Assembly: GCA_036785375.1 (NCBI GenBank)
Contig: JAWMAR010000006.1
Span: 6,696,001 to 6,760,000, forward strand
Source of the DNA: Leucoraja ocellata
Taxonomy: Eukaryota
Length of the DNA: 64,000 bases
Reading direction: 5' to 3'
The notes under the pieces are model-generated. The model did not search any database and was not told the origin of the DNA. It saw nothing but the letters and a program-made list of their open reading frames with translations. Every line of letters begins with the position of its first letter. Within the stretch, counting starts at the first letter, position 1. Below are positions 26,775 to 39,425 of the stretch, in pieces. The position numbers and the translations under genes are program-made.

Positions 26775-29009
26775 GGATTTGAGAAATTATCAGTGGTTAT
26801 TGTTTACATCATCGTGCTTTTTCTGTCTTTAAAGCCCGGCTTAATGTTGTCACATTTTTTTAGCCTTTCCATTTAAAATTCCAGTCTCTCGGGATATAGT
26901 GGAAACTGCCTTTATTGACATTGTCAATTGCATCTTTCTATTAGATGTAGTGAGTGTTGTCCTAAATTTCCTGAGACCACCATTCAGCCTCTCGTGTCCA
27001 TTTTTTGGGGGTGAGGGGTCAATTTAGACTATTCACACATACTGCACATAGTCCTGTAGATTATGGCAAATGGCACAATTAGGGACAGTGAAATCAGCGT
27101 GCACTATGCTATTTAGTTTGAAAATGCAACATACGTTTAAATGTTTATTTCACTTAATGTAGGTTTTTCTCCGACACAAATGTTATAATGAGGTCACAAT
27201 TCTTAAAGTTGTTGCAAGTTTCTGGTTTTGCGGTTCTTTCCGTTCCGGGCTATGACCACTTGGAGAAATCATTTTCTGATTCTCTCTTCCAAATCTTTTT
27301 ATGATAAATGTTCAATATATCTCCTCTGGTTATAGAACTCTGTGGCTGGAGGAATGGGCCTTCCTGTTTGTCTTGACTTATCCCACTTCAGTAGTACAGA
27401 ATAAATCTTCCCATGGTCTTCTTCCAAAGAAAACAAATCCAACCTATTCAGAATTGTCCCATAACTATAAGTCTGACACGGCAACATCCTTGTGAATCTC
27501 CTGTGCTCCTCTCCTTTCTTGGCATGTGCATTGTATGGATTTGTAATCAGCATGGTGAATTATACTCTTTTGTCAGTGGCCGGACTGATACTTCATGTAA
27601 TTACACATCCACTTGGTCAGCAAAGACAGATATCACATGCAGAACAAAAACAAGAAAATCTCAGTAAGTCGGGCAGCAACTGGAAAGAAAAACAGTTGCC
27701 ATTTTGACTGCCTCTGTTTGAACTGATGGGAATCCCATGAAAGTTTTAGTAAGAATCCCATGTGGATTCTTCATCTTCCCTAGTTGGCACCTTTAGTGAT
27801 CTTTTGATGTAAAATCTAAGATCCCGCTGTATGCTGTTCATTATTTTACACATTTCCATTTCTTAAATATACTTCCTCATATATTGTATTGAATTCAATC
27901 TACCTTTTCTTCTGTCCTTCAGACAAAACAATTGATACTTTGTAAAGTAGTCAAACGTTTTAATTTTTATTGTATGGTGTGGAGCTCTTCTCTGAAAGCA
28001 GCTGCCACACAGCTCCAATAACCCGGGTTCAATCTTGACCACTGGGGTGCCTATATGGAGTTTTCACACACTCCCTGTGACTGCATTGGTCTTCCAGGTG
28101 CTCCCAATTTCTTCCCACATAAAAGATGAGTGGGTTGGTAGGTTTCTTGGCGACTGTACATTGACAATGTGTAGGCGTGTGGTAGAATCTGAAGAAGTTG
28201 ATAGGAATTTGGGGTGAATAAGAATGTGAGTTGGTGTAAGATTCATGTAAATATGAGGCTGATGGTCAAGCATGGACTCTGTACTGGAGGCCCTTGTTTT
28301 CTGCTTTGTGACTGACAATAAAATCAAACTATTGATGGTACAGGAGGAATTGATGTCAGATGTTTCAGATGAGAGTGTAGGTAAAAAATTGAAATGTAAT
28401 TAAGGATTCCTATTTTATCTCGACTTCCCAGGTAGCAAGTAGATTCTGTTTTTGCAGATGATTTTGTCTGAATGTTGGAAAATACGCTAAAGTTACTTGA
28501 TATGATAACCAAACCTCTACAATATTGCAATAAGTAGCATTAAAAGCGCATAGGATCAATAAGAAAGAACAATTGCTAAAAGTGAAGAGAGGGGGAAGAT
28601 TGGTTCTGTCGTTTGTGGGAACGAATATGTGTGTGAACATTGGACGTGACTTTAATGCAGGGGTCAGCAACCTTGTTCTGCATAGGGGCCGGGTGGCATG
28701 GCGGGCCACATCTACCATGTGTTCACATGGATCCTGCCCCCATCCCGCCCCGGATGGCAGGCATCAAATCACGTGTTCACATAGATTCGGCCCCTTTGAA
28801 GACACCACCCATAAATAAAGGCACTGGCCCTTATTTACGGACGCTCACGAACATGGTGCACCTACGGTCCATTGCATTGGCTCTGTCCTGAAGGCGGTGG
28901 CTCATACTCGTACTCACTCGTCCCTGGCCTATTGACATCCCCGATCCCGACTGAAGCCCAGACACAGAAGGTGTGCAACAGTGCCGGGGGCTTTGCGCAG
29001 GATGCGGTA

Positions 29010-30707
29010 CAGGTGCACAACCTTTTATCCGAAAGCCTTGGGACCAGACACTTTTCGTAATTCGGAATTTTTCGGCTTTCGGAATGGAAGATTTTTAGCG
29101 TAGATTTTAACGGCTGGCTCAGTGGTAGAGTGCTCGGCTCATATCCGCAAGGTCGCGAGTTTGTGCCTCGATCCCGGCAGTTACTCGATCGCGAGTTTGA
29201 GTCTTCATTGTAGTTTTTTCTTGCAGAATAGGAGAGAATAAGGAGGGTTAGGCTGGGATCATTCTCTGCGAGATGATCTTAGTGCGGGAGACAAGTGTAG
29301 GAGAGGTGTACTGACTGTGTGGGCAGAACTTTGGAAGTGATTGCCCACCATTCTCAAAAGCCGCTCTGGCTCTCTGTCCCTGGGATAGCAGGGGGCGATC
29401 AAACAGCACAATACCCCCCTCCCCTTCCAACTCCAGAGGAATCCGCTCCCCGATGGGCCGCTACGGTGACAAGTGGCAGTTCGCCCACAGTCCGAGCTGC
29501 GCCACCCCAAGAACAAGACGTACCTTGCACACCATCAGCTTCTGCCCCTGCGTGTTCCTCTGGAGTTGGAGCGGGGCTGGGCTGGAGTTGCTGATCTGGG
29601 ATCTCCGTGCTTGCAGTGGGCCTGGGGGTCGGTGTCCCGATGAGGGGGCGCAGCTCGGGCTGTGGGCGAACTGCCACTTGTTGCCGTAGCGGCCCATCGG
29701 GGAGCGGCTTCTGGTGGTCCTGACGTCTCCGGCCACAAGTGGCAGTTCGCCCACAGCCCGAGCTGCGCCCCCTCATCCGCAACCCGGGTTCCTCTGGAGT
29801 TGGAACGGGGCTGGTGGCTAGAGTTGCTGCTGGCTGTGAGTCTCTGGGATCTCCGTGCTTGCAGTCGGTGTCCCGTTGGTCCTGACGTCTCCGGACACCC
29901 CCCTGGACAGGAGCTGAGACTGGGAACTGTACCGCCCTTGCCCCCTCCCTCTGCAACTGCAAACAACCCCACTCTCTTGCTCACCTGCAAGGGCGGTACA
30001 GTTCGCAGCCTCAGCTCCTGTACAGGGGGGTGGCCGGAGACGTCACAGCCCCCTCATCCGCAACCCCAAGAACAAGACGTACCTTGCACACCATCAGCTT
30101 CTGTCCCTACGGGGAGCGTGTTCCTCTGGAGTTGGAACGGGGCTGGGCTGCTGCTGGCTGTGGGTCTCTGGGATCTCTGTGCTTGCAGTGGGCCTGGGGG
30201 TCGGTGTCCCGTTGATCCTGACGTCTCCGGTGACTGGCACTGACCTGCTGGCATCGCCGACGTGAAGACAGTGCAAAGCCCCCGCGCAGGTGCAATGGGC
30301 GGGGAGCTGGAGAGGGGAGGGAAGGGGTCACAAACATGGCCGGGAAGCAGAGGGGTGTAGGTGGGGTGAAACTGCAGTGAGCGACAATCTGCTGCTGCCT
30401 GCCCGCTGAGTTAAAAAGTTCCCACGCAAGACTCACGATACACTGTGTATCGTGAGTCTACCGTGGGAACTTTTTTAACTCAGCGGGCAGGCAGCAGCAG
30501 ATTGTCAATTATTAACCCTCCCGCGCAATATACCCTCACCTTCTCTTTTATGAATGGGGATTTAGTTCCCCTTTCTTCGAGGACCGACCGGAGGTTCCGC
30601 TGTCACCTCTGCGGCCGCCCTCGGTGAACGTCTTCAAGGACCGAAAAAATGTCCGCTATTCGGAGCTTTTCGTTATTTGGAATTTCGGATAAAAGGTTGT
30701 GCACCTG
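29010..30707. mobile_element. Tc1/mariner-superfamily (Tigger/pogo-like) non-autonomous element
   Basis: Perfect 25-bp TIRs CAGGTGCACAACCTTTTATCCGAAA; TA on both sides (29008-29009, 30708-30709). Confidence 0.92.
29111..29179 (+). pseudogene. tRNA-like relic (Met/CAT-like) inside the DNA transposon
   Basis: TGGCTCAGTGGTAGAG D-arm/A box, CGG-CTCATAT-CCG anticodon arm, AGGTCGCGAGTTTG degenerate T-arm. The acceptor stem is broken. Confidence 0.5.
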
Positions 30708-32698
30708 TACAGCCAGAGCTCAGCAGTTCCGCAATTGCGGCCACCAGCGCAGGCTTTCTTGCGTCACCGTGCCTGGTCGCCTCGGGCCCGGGAGGTGCCG
30801 GAGATGAAGACAGTCATCAGGCCGAATGACTACGGAAAAAAAAAATACGCCTGCGGGCCGGATGATTTTGGGTTATGGGCTGCATTTGGCCCAGGGGGCT
30901 GTAGGTTGCCGACTCATTCATGTGTAGCAGGCATGGTATTCTTCCGATTTAAATCGGGATTCCATTTTTTGTGCCCGATTATTTGGCGGCCAATCAACCG
31001 CTGTCTCTAAGAGGGTTGCGTCCAATCATCCACTTCCCTTAAAATCCGCTTCGGCCTACAGTTCTCGAGTCAGCCGCTGTGTCCAAGGGCGTTCCATCAT
31101 CGACCACCTTCTCTTAAAATTCCCATCCAATCAACAAATCGGTCTGCCGTCCAATCAGCCACTGTCTCCAAGGGCGTTGCGTCCATTCACATAATGCACC
31201 GGTCACTCGGCGGCCAATCGGACGCAGTCTCCGAGGAGTGTTGTGGTCAATCACCCACCAGCTTCCCTTACTGAAGCAGACGATTTTGCAGCAAAAAGGA
31301 ACCTGTTAGCAGCTCAACGCTAGAAAGAATCACAGGGAAGCCATGTTGAGCAAGCTTACAAAAAGAAAATGTCAGGCAAAGAGGAAGTCAAATTAGAGTT
31401 TAGGTAATGTTACTAATGTCATAGGTTTATCAATTACCCTTTCTGTGCTGTTTGCACACAGTGCTAGGCAAAGGGACATTTCAGGTAACATTTTTTGTAA
31501 AGATTTTTTTAGTTGTATGAATTCATTTATTTAATGAAATATTTATCTTTTGGTGGTTATTTTACTGGTTATGTGTTAGAAAAATTCTAAGCTTCTGTTA
31601 TGTAAACCACCAGCAGAAAGCTTGGGAATCACTTTCAATTTATTGAAAATGTCCCTGTAACATCCCCTGACCCCGCCTGGGGCCCAACCATCCTCCTGGA
31701 CCCTTAGCCAATACTTCCTATACTGGTGGTGAATATCATGCCTGGTGTAGGGATGTTCATAAGTCTGGTAGACACAAAAAGCTGGAGAAACTCAGCGGGA
31801 CAGGCAGCTTCTCTGGAGAGAAGGAATGGGTGACGTTTTGGGTCGAGACCCTTCAGACTCATAAGTCTGGTGGCCCTGTAGTCACTGCTTGCAAACTTTC
31901 ATGTTTTAGGCAAGAGGGACAGATTTAGTGCCTGGCATGTATTCAGGTGGGTTCCCGATTGATGTATAAGCAATAAAGTTAGACAGTAATACATGAAATA
32001 ATTTACAACAATTTATTGGAAGACATAATTTTTTGTGCCGTCAAACATAGAGTGGGTAAAATTCCTTGCCAGAATGGATTCCACTTGTACTTACGAAATA
32101 GAACTCGAATTTGATAGATTAATACTGTGTTCAGCATAGGTTTGAGGTTTAAGTCAGATTGTGAATTTGGAACAGAATTTGCAAAGAATTGGAAGTTAGT
32201 TATGAACAGAAAACTGATCCTAAACTTAAGCAATTACAAAGTGATTAATGATATTCCACGGGGATTAATGGTGGGGCCACTGTATATTTATCTACACTAT
32301 TTGTGTTCCCTCTGGTTGTCATGTAGATGACTGGCTTTCAGAATATATGTTCAGCCATGTGACCCAATACAGGCAAACCCAGTGTTATGGGAGTGTATGT
32401 ACTTCGGAAAGCTCCATATTGTAGTTTTTCATACTACAAAGCCATGTCATTACATCGAGAAATGCAATTTGAAAAAGTTATGCTTTTTCCACAAATTTCG
32501 TGAGTGCAAATTTTATTCCGTGTCAAACTTTTGAGTGATGTTTTGTGAATACTGTAAGGGGAAATTTTCCATTAACCGAATTGCTGTGACCAAGTAAGTT
32601 CTTGGTCTACAGCTTATTTAAACGAGCAGAGATGGCAGCCAATTCCAGAACATCCTGTGACCCACCCAAGTATTCTGCTGTCCACATAGAACATCACC

Positions 32699-32835
32699 AA
32701 CTGAATCTCAGTCTGAAGAAGGGTCTCGGCCCGAAACGTCACCATTCCTTCTGCAGAGATGCTGCCTGTCCCGATGAGTTACTCCAGCATTTTGTCTATT
32801 TTTGGTGTAAACCAGCATCTACAGTTCCTTCCTAC
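32699..32835 (+). mobile_element. Short Penelope-derived element with a hammerhead ribozyme core
   Basis: CTGAAGA-A-GGGTCTCGGCCC-GAAAC-GTC at 32713-32740; ACATAGAACATCAC duplicated on both sides. Confidence 0.75.
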
Positions 32836-33606
32836 ATAGAACATCACTGAAGTAGACGATGATATTATTTATGTTTAAATAAATCTAAAATTATATTGAG
32901 GGAAATTAATAGCAACCTATGGTATTCAGAATTAATCTCCCACAGTGCAAAATTGCGGTAGAGGAACCAAATAACAGTACGGTGTAACTAGAGATAAGTT
33001 TTTAAATGGGCTTGTGTTACATTTTTGTGATCTGTATTAATTTGCCTCTGTCAACTTACCTTGCATGATCTAAGTTTTAGAAATGGCATGGGAAATTGTC
33101 CAATATTAATCAAAATATCAACATCTGGTCAAGACACAAATCGAGCATAATATGTAGCAAAGGCATTTCATCTTCGCCATTCTCAGGCAGCATTTGAAAT
33201 CAATAGCTTAGCAGATGCCAATGTTACAGATTCCCCTGCAACCCTCAATGTTGCATCGTAAGTTTCACGGTCAATTGGCCTGCTAGTACTCATTTAACGG
33301 GCCACTTGGAAGGGGGAATAACAGGGCTGGTGCATCAATGAAACAGGTAATCGTGGGAATTTTAGTGAGATGGATTGAAAGTTTTTAAATTGTTAATCTG
33401 TGATCCTAGTGGATGAGTATACGTTGTGTTATAGTTTGGAGAGAAAGGAGCAGGGCATTGGGTAATTATTTTTGTGGAGGAATTTTTAGAATACTAAGGT
33501 TTTTACAACACTTGCACGAGAAGCTGTGGTCTCCATTGACATTCAAATTAAGTCCTGGCCACCAAGTGTTGCACTGTCCTAACCACTTTCTTCCTCTTGC
33601 TTGCAG

Positions 33607-33676
33607 AAATGGATTCCGTGAAGGCACTACCCCAAAGCCCAGACGTGCTGCAATGGCTTCTTCCAGCACTGCATAA
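33607..33676 (+). CDS. rpl37: 60S ribosomal protein L37, exon 4
   Basis: TTGCAG acceptor; NGFREGTTPKPRRAAMASSSTA*. Exons total 3+136+85+70 = 294 nt = 97 aa plus stop. Confidence 0.97.
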
Positions 33677-33699
33677 ACTGTTGGTGTACCAATGTAACA

Positions 33700-33705
33700 A
33701 ATAAA
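33700..33705 (+). terminator. rpl37 polyadenylation signal
   Basis: AATAAA about 24 nt after the stop codon. Confidence 0.8.
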
Positions 33706-34477
33706 GCTATTATTTGGAAAGTTACCTTGCCTTCCCCATTATTTTTTTTGACTAATAGTATCTAACCTCAATCTGAAAATAAGGAAACTTCTCTACCAAC
33801 TTTTAATGCATGGGGACAGCACAGTTGTGTAGCTGATAGGCTGTTCAATCTGTGTAGAGTTGCATGTTCCCCCTGTGACCATGTGGGTTTCTTCCCACAT
33901 CACAAAGACGTGAATGTGGACAACATAGAACTATTGTGAACAGGTTGGCGTGGGCTGAAGCGACTGTTTCCATGCTGTATCTCTAAAATAAATATAGACA
34001 GTGGATGTGACTCCAGATCTGCCTGGTATCTCTTGTTAGACATGTCTGGCTTTGCCGTGTATTTCTACAGTTCTGTGTTAACGGGTGAGTATGGCAGAAT
34101 TGGCTGGTTCGGCTTACACACAGATTGGGTGGGGTGCCCCAGATGATGTCTTTATGGGGTAGTTTCCTGGGAGAATCTAAAACTAGGATTCACTGTTTAA
34201 AAATAAGTGATTTTTTTTCTGAGGATTGGGTGTCTACCTCAAGGACCAGTGGAAATAATGGATATTCTTATGGCAGGGGTAGGTTCTTAATAAATAAAGG
34301 GGGCAAAAGGTTACCTGGCGTATGAGCAATGTAGAGTTGAGGTTGCATTCAGGTCAGTCATGATATTAAATATCAGAACATGACCCTATAGATTGCATCA
34401 TAATTCATAACCATTTTCTCAAACCTGGTAAATTGAGTGAATGCTGCAGGATAATGCAGTTTGTAGTTCTTCTCAAC

Positions 34478-34542
34478 TATTCTGTATGAGGACTTATTTA
34501 GCCTCATAATAAGTGAGGCTAAATAAGTCCTCATACAGAATA
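34478..34542. repeat. Perfect inverted repeat (29-bp arms, 7-nt loop)
   Basis: TATTCTGTATGAGGACTTATTTAGCCTCA-taataag-TGAGGCTAAATAAGTCCTCATACAGAATA. Confidence 0.95.
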
Positions 34543-35714
34543 CAAGGCAGGAGGGAGAACACTAAGGTACGAGAGCCAGAACGTGATGTCACTCGAGATA
34601 GTAGTTGCAATGATCATGTTCTTGATATGCATCAGATTCTTCAATAAGGACTGTATTGAGGAGACGCAAGAGACTGGATACTGAAACCATGAGGGGGAAA
34701 ACTTGGATCTCGGGTTAGGCAACATCTATGGAGGGAAATGGGCAGACAACATTTTGGTTCGGGACCCTTCAAGACTCACTGGAAGACTGCTGAGTTAATT
34801 TCACAGAGGGTAGGGTGAATTATTATGTCTTGGACCACACCAGATGTTTTGGATACACTGAGATACTTGTAGATGTTTGCACAACTGGGAGCAAACGTTT
34901 TACTTGCCAATCCTCTCCATGTTAACATAATCACTGCTCCAGATTTCATATCCATTAGTAAGCCTATTGCCCATAGAAAATTGAAGTTTCCATTCATAAT
35001 ACCGTTAAATCTGACAACAGATTGTGAATTTTGTTTTCCAAGTTTCTAATTGCTCAATATTAGCTTCCAAAATTTTCCTGAGTATTGATGTCAGGCTAAA
35101 TGCCTAACGATTAATAATTCCACCCTCTTGTACTGTGGGGGTACATTTAATACTTTTCAATTCACTGCGATTTCTAGAACTGAGCCCAGTGCTGTCCTCT
35201 CGCACCCAACAATCAGGGATGTTGATAGCAAGCTGGAGTGGTGAAAACTGGCTGAGTTTTAACATGTAACGCCAGAGCAAGGTAGCTGGTTGTAACAGCA
35301 TTCTCCAGGAAGATCAATTGATCCATTCTGAAAAAGAACCAAAGCTTGGTCCTTCTTGATCTTGAGATATAAATACATGGATAGATGTACATGGATAGGA
35401 AAGGTTTAGATGGATATGGGTCAAATGCAGGCAAATGGAACTATCACATTAAAATACTTTAATTTAGTTAAACACTGACTCTACATCTCCAATGTATGTT
35501 CAAGTAGATTAAATGCTTTCACGTATTTGATACGTGATCAGTGAAACTCATCTTCATTGTGACATTTTTGATGCTATCATCACTGAATGTCCCATTGCTC
35601 AAATGTCTCAGTTTCTGTTCTCGCCAAGATGTTAACAATTCACAGATTTATTCCATGGTTTCATTTATCCATTTATGATGCAGTGTGCATTAGTTTCAAT
35701 TAGTAGTGCTATAT

Positions 35715-36360
35715 GGAACATAGAACAAACAGCATAGGAACAGGATCTTGGGCACACAATGTCTGTACCGAACATGATGCAAAGTTAATCTCTTCCAGCA
35801 CCTGATCCATATCCCTCCATTCCCTGCATATCTATGTATCCACGAAAGCTTAACAAGCGCCACAATTGTATTTGCTTCCTCCTCCACCCCAGGCATGCAT
35901 TCCAGGCACCCACCACACACTGCATAAAGAAACTCCCACAATTATTTCAAATTTACCCCTTTCACTTTAAAGCTACTTTGGGGAAAAAGTTTCTATTTGC
36001 ACTATCAATGCCCCTCATAATTTTATCTACTGTTGGTCTCCACTCAATCTCTGATGTTGCAGACAATACATTCCAGGTTTGCCTAACCTTTTAGACCTAA
36101 AACCCTGTAAACCAAGCAGCTTTCTGGCAAACATCATCTGTATTCTCAAGTATCCACATCTTGTAATAAAGCAAAGAACTGCACATGATATTCCAAATGC
36201 AGTCTAACCAATGTCATACAATGCTGCGTCATGATTTCCCGACTCAATGCCTTAACTAATGAAGGCAGGCACACCATATACCTTTACTGCTCCATTCACT
36301 TGTGTTGCCATTTTTAGAGAACTGTGGACTCTTATGATCTCTCTGCATATGAATGCATAT
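35715..36360 (-). mobile_element. Degenerate CR1/HER1-like LINE 3' part
   Basis: Reverse-strand tail ACATAGAACA...GCATAGGAACAGG and CR1-like C-terminal sequence. Confidence 0.7.
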
Positions 36361-37283
36361 TACCATTAACCAGGAATTGCAGATACGGGTTTACAATATA
36401 GGCACAAATTGCTGGAATGTCACTTCTGCTGAGTTACTGAGCAATTTGTGTCTTTGTATTAAGTCCTGGTCAATATTGAGGAAGTTAAAGTCGCCAACCA
36501 CGACAACCCTGTTGCTTTTGCATATTTCCGCAATTTATCTACGTTTCTGTTCCTCCAACTGCTGCCCATTGAGAAGCTAATAATAGAATACCAATAGAGT
36601 GATTGCACCTACGTATTTTTGAGCTCTATCCATATTGCCTTAATGGACAAACCAAATCTCCCCTCTTGAGTGCCACCATGACGTTCTCAATTCTCAGTGA
36701 TTAGTAAAGCAATAACCCCCCCCCCCCCTCCTTTTCCTCCCTCTATCACATTTGTAACATTGAAATTCTGGATTGTTGACCTGCTAATCCTGTCCTCACA
36801 ACCAAATCGCTATAAAGGCCACAACTTCATTGTTCCACGTTTTGCTCCAACTTGTCTTTGCGCCCAAAGATGTCTTTGCACCCAAAGGTTGTTTTAAAAT
36901 CTGCCTCTAAAAAAAAATCCTCCTGAAGAAGGAAATCAGGCGCCTGAAACCAGACTGTTACCCAATAAAACCAGACTTACCTCAAGTGGAGTAAATCAGT
37001 TGGAGATGTAATCAGTCTAACTGAACACTAAGGCACCCAAAGAGATTTTGGAGGATCAAAGAAAAGGATTCTGAAAAGATACAGATGGAGATGGAATTTG
37101 AGAGGAGGGATATTTTGGGGAGAGAATTTCAAAGATTCCCAGGATTTGGATGGCTGAAGGCATGGCAGTCAGTGGTGGGAGAAAGGCCAGTTGGACTGCC
37201 AGTGAGTTAAAACACGGGTCGCCAAAGCAGATATTGGGGTAATAAAGAAGACACACAAGGGAAGTGTTGAGTGGTGTGAGCTG

Positions 37284-37725
37284 AATCACCTGCAGCTCAA
37301 CATTGACAAGACTAAGGAGTTAGTGGTGAACTTTAGGAGGAGATGAACGCCCTTGTCCCCTGTCTCCATCAATAGTGTGGATGTGCAGTTTACCAAGGAG
37401 TACAAATACCTTTGAGTGTACCTGGACAATAAACTGGACTGGTCCAGGAAAGCTGAGGCTCCGTACAGGAAGGGACAGAGCTGGCTGTACTTTGTAGGGT
37501 GAAGGCCGCGGACACTCATCAGGAAGGCTGGCACCATCCTGGGGGTGAAGTTGTATTCATGGGAGGTGGTCTTGGAGGGGAGGATGCTTCTCAAACTGTG
37601 CAGCATCTTGGACCGTACAGCTCACCCCCCTCCATGACACACTGGGCAACCTGAGGAGTATCTTCAGCAACTGACTGGTTCCACCAAGATGTAGCACAGA
37701 ACGCCACAGGAGATCCTTCTTCCCT
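37284..37725 (+). mobile_element. Rex1/Babar-type LINE RT C-terminal fragment
   Basis: NHLQLNIDKTKELVVNFRR...EYKYL*VYLDNKLDWS...KGQSWLYF. Confidence 0.75.
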
Positions 37726-38344
37726 GGGAGCAGCTCCCCGCTGCTCACTCCACGTTGATCCCCACCGCTGGTCCCGCGGGGGGGGGGGGGGTTTCAGAGG
37801 ACTTGGACGGCGACACGAGTTTGCCACGAGTGTGATAAAAACACACAAAATAATCAGAAGAAAATAAAACCCAATAAACATGCGTGGAGTGGGCAAGATT
37901 TACTCTCTGACACCATGTAATGAGTCAACTCGAACCCACATCAAGATACAACACATATTTATTAAATCTACATACAGCAAGGATCTGCAATCATCACATC
38001 TCCGAGCTGCTGTTCATTCTAACTAGCGTAAGCAAGCTCTTGATAATATGAAGTACATAGGCAGAGTTACTAGTAACAAACACCATAATTGGCTAGTATG
38101 AAATAGCCAATCTACAGAATGTACTACACAGAAACTGGATTTTTGATAATCAGTATTTTGCATGCAACCTCATGTATTCTCAAATATCAGTATGGAATAC
38201 TGAAAATCAGTACTACTGAATTGTGAAACCTCTTTTGAAATGTGAATTTATAATTCTTGGTTTTGATTTAATAATATAAAAAATAAATAACATCTCTATA
38301 CTTATAAAACTCTGATCTTGGATGTGTGTGTGTGTGTGTGTGTG

Positions 38345-38752
38345 AATTTAGGAGATTGAGGGGGGATCTTATAGAAACTTACAAAATTCTTAAGGGGTTG
38401 GACAGGCTAGATGCAGGGAGATTGTTCCCGATGTTGGGGGAGTCCAGGACAAGGGGTCACAGTTTAAGGATAAAGGGGAAATCCTTTAGGACCAAGATGA
38501 GAAAAATATTTTTCACACAGAGAGTGGTGAATCTCTGGAACTCTCTGCCACAGAAGGTAGTTGAGGCCAGTTCATTGGCTATATTTAACAGGGAGTTAGA
38601 TGTGGCTCTGGTGGCTAAAGGGGTCAGGGGGTATGGAGAGAAGGCAGGTACAGGATACTGAGTTGGATGATCAGCCATGATCATATTAAATGGCAGTGCA
38701 GGCTCAAAGGGCCAAATGGCCTACTCCTGCACCTATTTTCTATGTTTCTATG
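38345..38752 (+). mobile_element. CR1 LINE 3' fragment inserted in a TG microsatellite
   Basis: RRLRGDLIETYKILKG...FFTQRVVNLWNSLP and the same CCTATTTTCTATGTTTCTATG tail. Confidence 0.93.
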
Positions 38753-39024
38753 TATGTGTATAATCACATCTTCTCGAAAACATGATGCGGTAACGGTAAC
38801 ATTTCTGACATATTCCGGTAGAGATTTTTTCTGTGGAGTCCAAAATCTCCTTATCTGAAAATTTCATGCTTTATTTCTCGAGTTATTAATGAAAATGTTC
38901 AAGATTCCGACAAAACTTTGAAATAAACTTTGAAACGACTCTTTCGCTGATAACGTCACGATGGGTCTGCGTCGTCTAGCTCATGCTGCGAATGATGCAG
39001 CTCTCCGCTGCTCACTCCACGCTG

Positions 39025-39425
39025 CTCCCCCCCGCTGCTCCCAGCCCCCCTCCCCTCCTCCTCTCCCCCCTCCCCTCCTCCTCTCCCCCCTCCTCCTCTC
39101 CCCCTCCTCCTCTCCCCCTCCTCCTCTCCCCCTCCTCTCCCTCCTCCTCTCCCCCCTCCTCTCCCCCCTCCTCCTCTCCCCCTCCTCCCCCTCCTCTCCC
39201 TCCTCCTCTCCCCCCTCCCCTCCTCCTCTCCCCCATCTCCTCTCCCCCTCCTCCTCTCCCCTCCTCTCCCTCCTCCTCTCCCCATCTCTTCTTCCCGCCC
39301 TCCTCTCACCCCCTCCCCTCTCCCCTCCTCCTCTCACCCCCCTCTTCTCTCACCCCTCCTATCTCCCCCTCCTCTCTCCCCGGCCTCTCCCCCCCCCCCC
39401 CCCGTCTCTCTCCTCTCTCCCCCCA
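39025..39425. repeat. Polypyrimidine (CCTCCTCTCCC-like) low-complexity tract
   Basis: About 400 bp consisting almost entirely of C and T. Confidence 0.95.

Larger units (their letters stand above)
28658..30918. mobile_element. hAT/Charlie-like non-autonomous element (host of a nested element)
   Basis: Left end CAGGGGTCAGCAACCT; degenerate right end AGGTTGCCGACTC; subterminal GCGGGCCG motifs. Confidence 0.65.
38293..39425 (+). mobile_element. Helitron-like element, 5' part (CR1 nested inside; 3' end not found)
   Basis: Starts A|TCTCTATACTTATAAAACTC, similar to the 5' end of the 11326-11818 element, followed by a microsatellite and a CT-rich tract. Confidence 0.5.

Noticed and set aside
29111-29179. 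Functional tRNA-Met gene
   Set aside because: The acceptor stem and T-loop (GTTTG instead of GTTCG) are broken, and it lies within a transposon.
30441-30447. RSS heptamer CACTGTG at the hairpin centre (also isolated heptamers at ~42069 and ~43112)
   Set aside because: No nonamer was seen at 12 or 23 spacing and there is no adjacent V or J coding segment.
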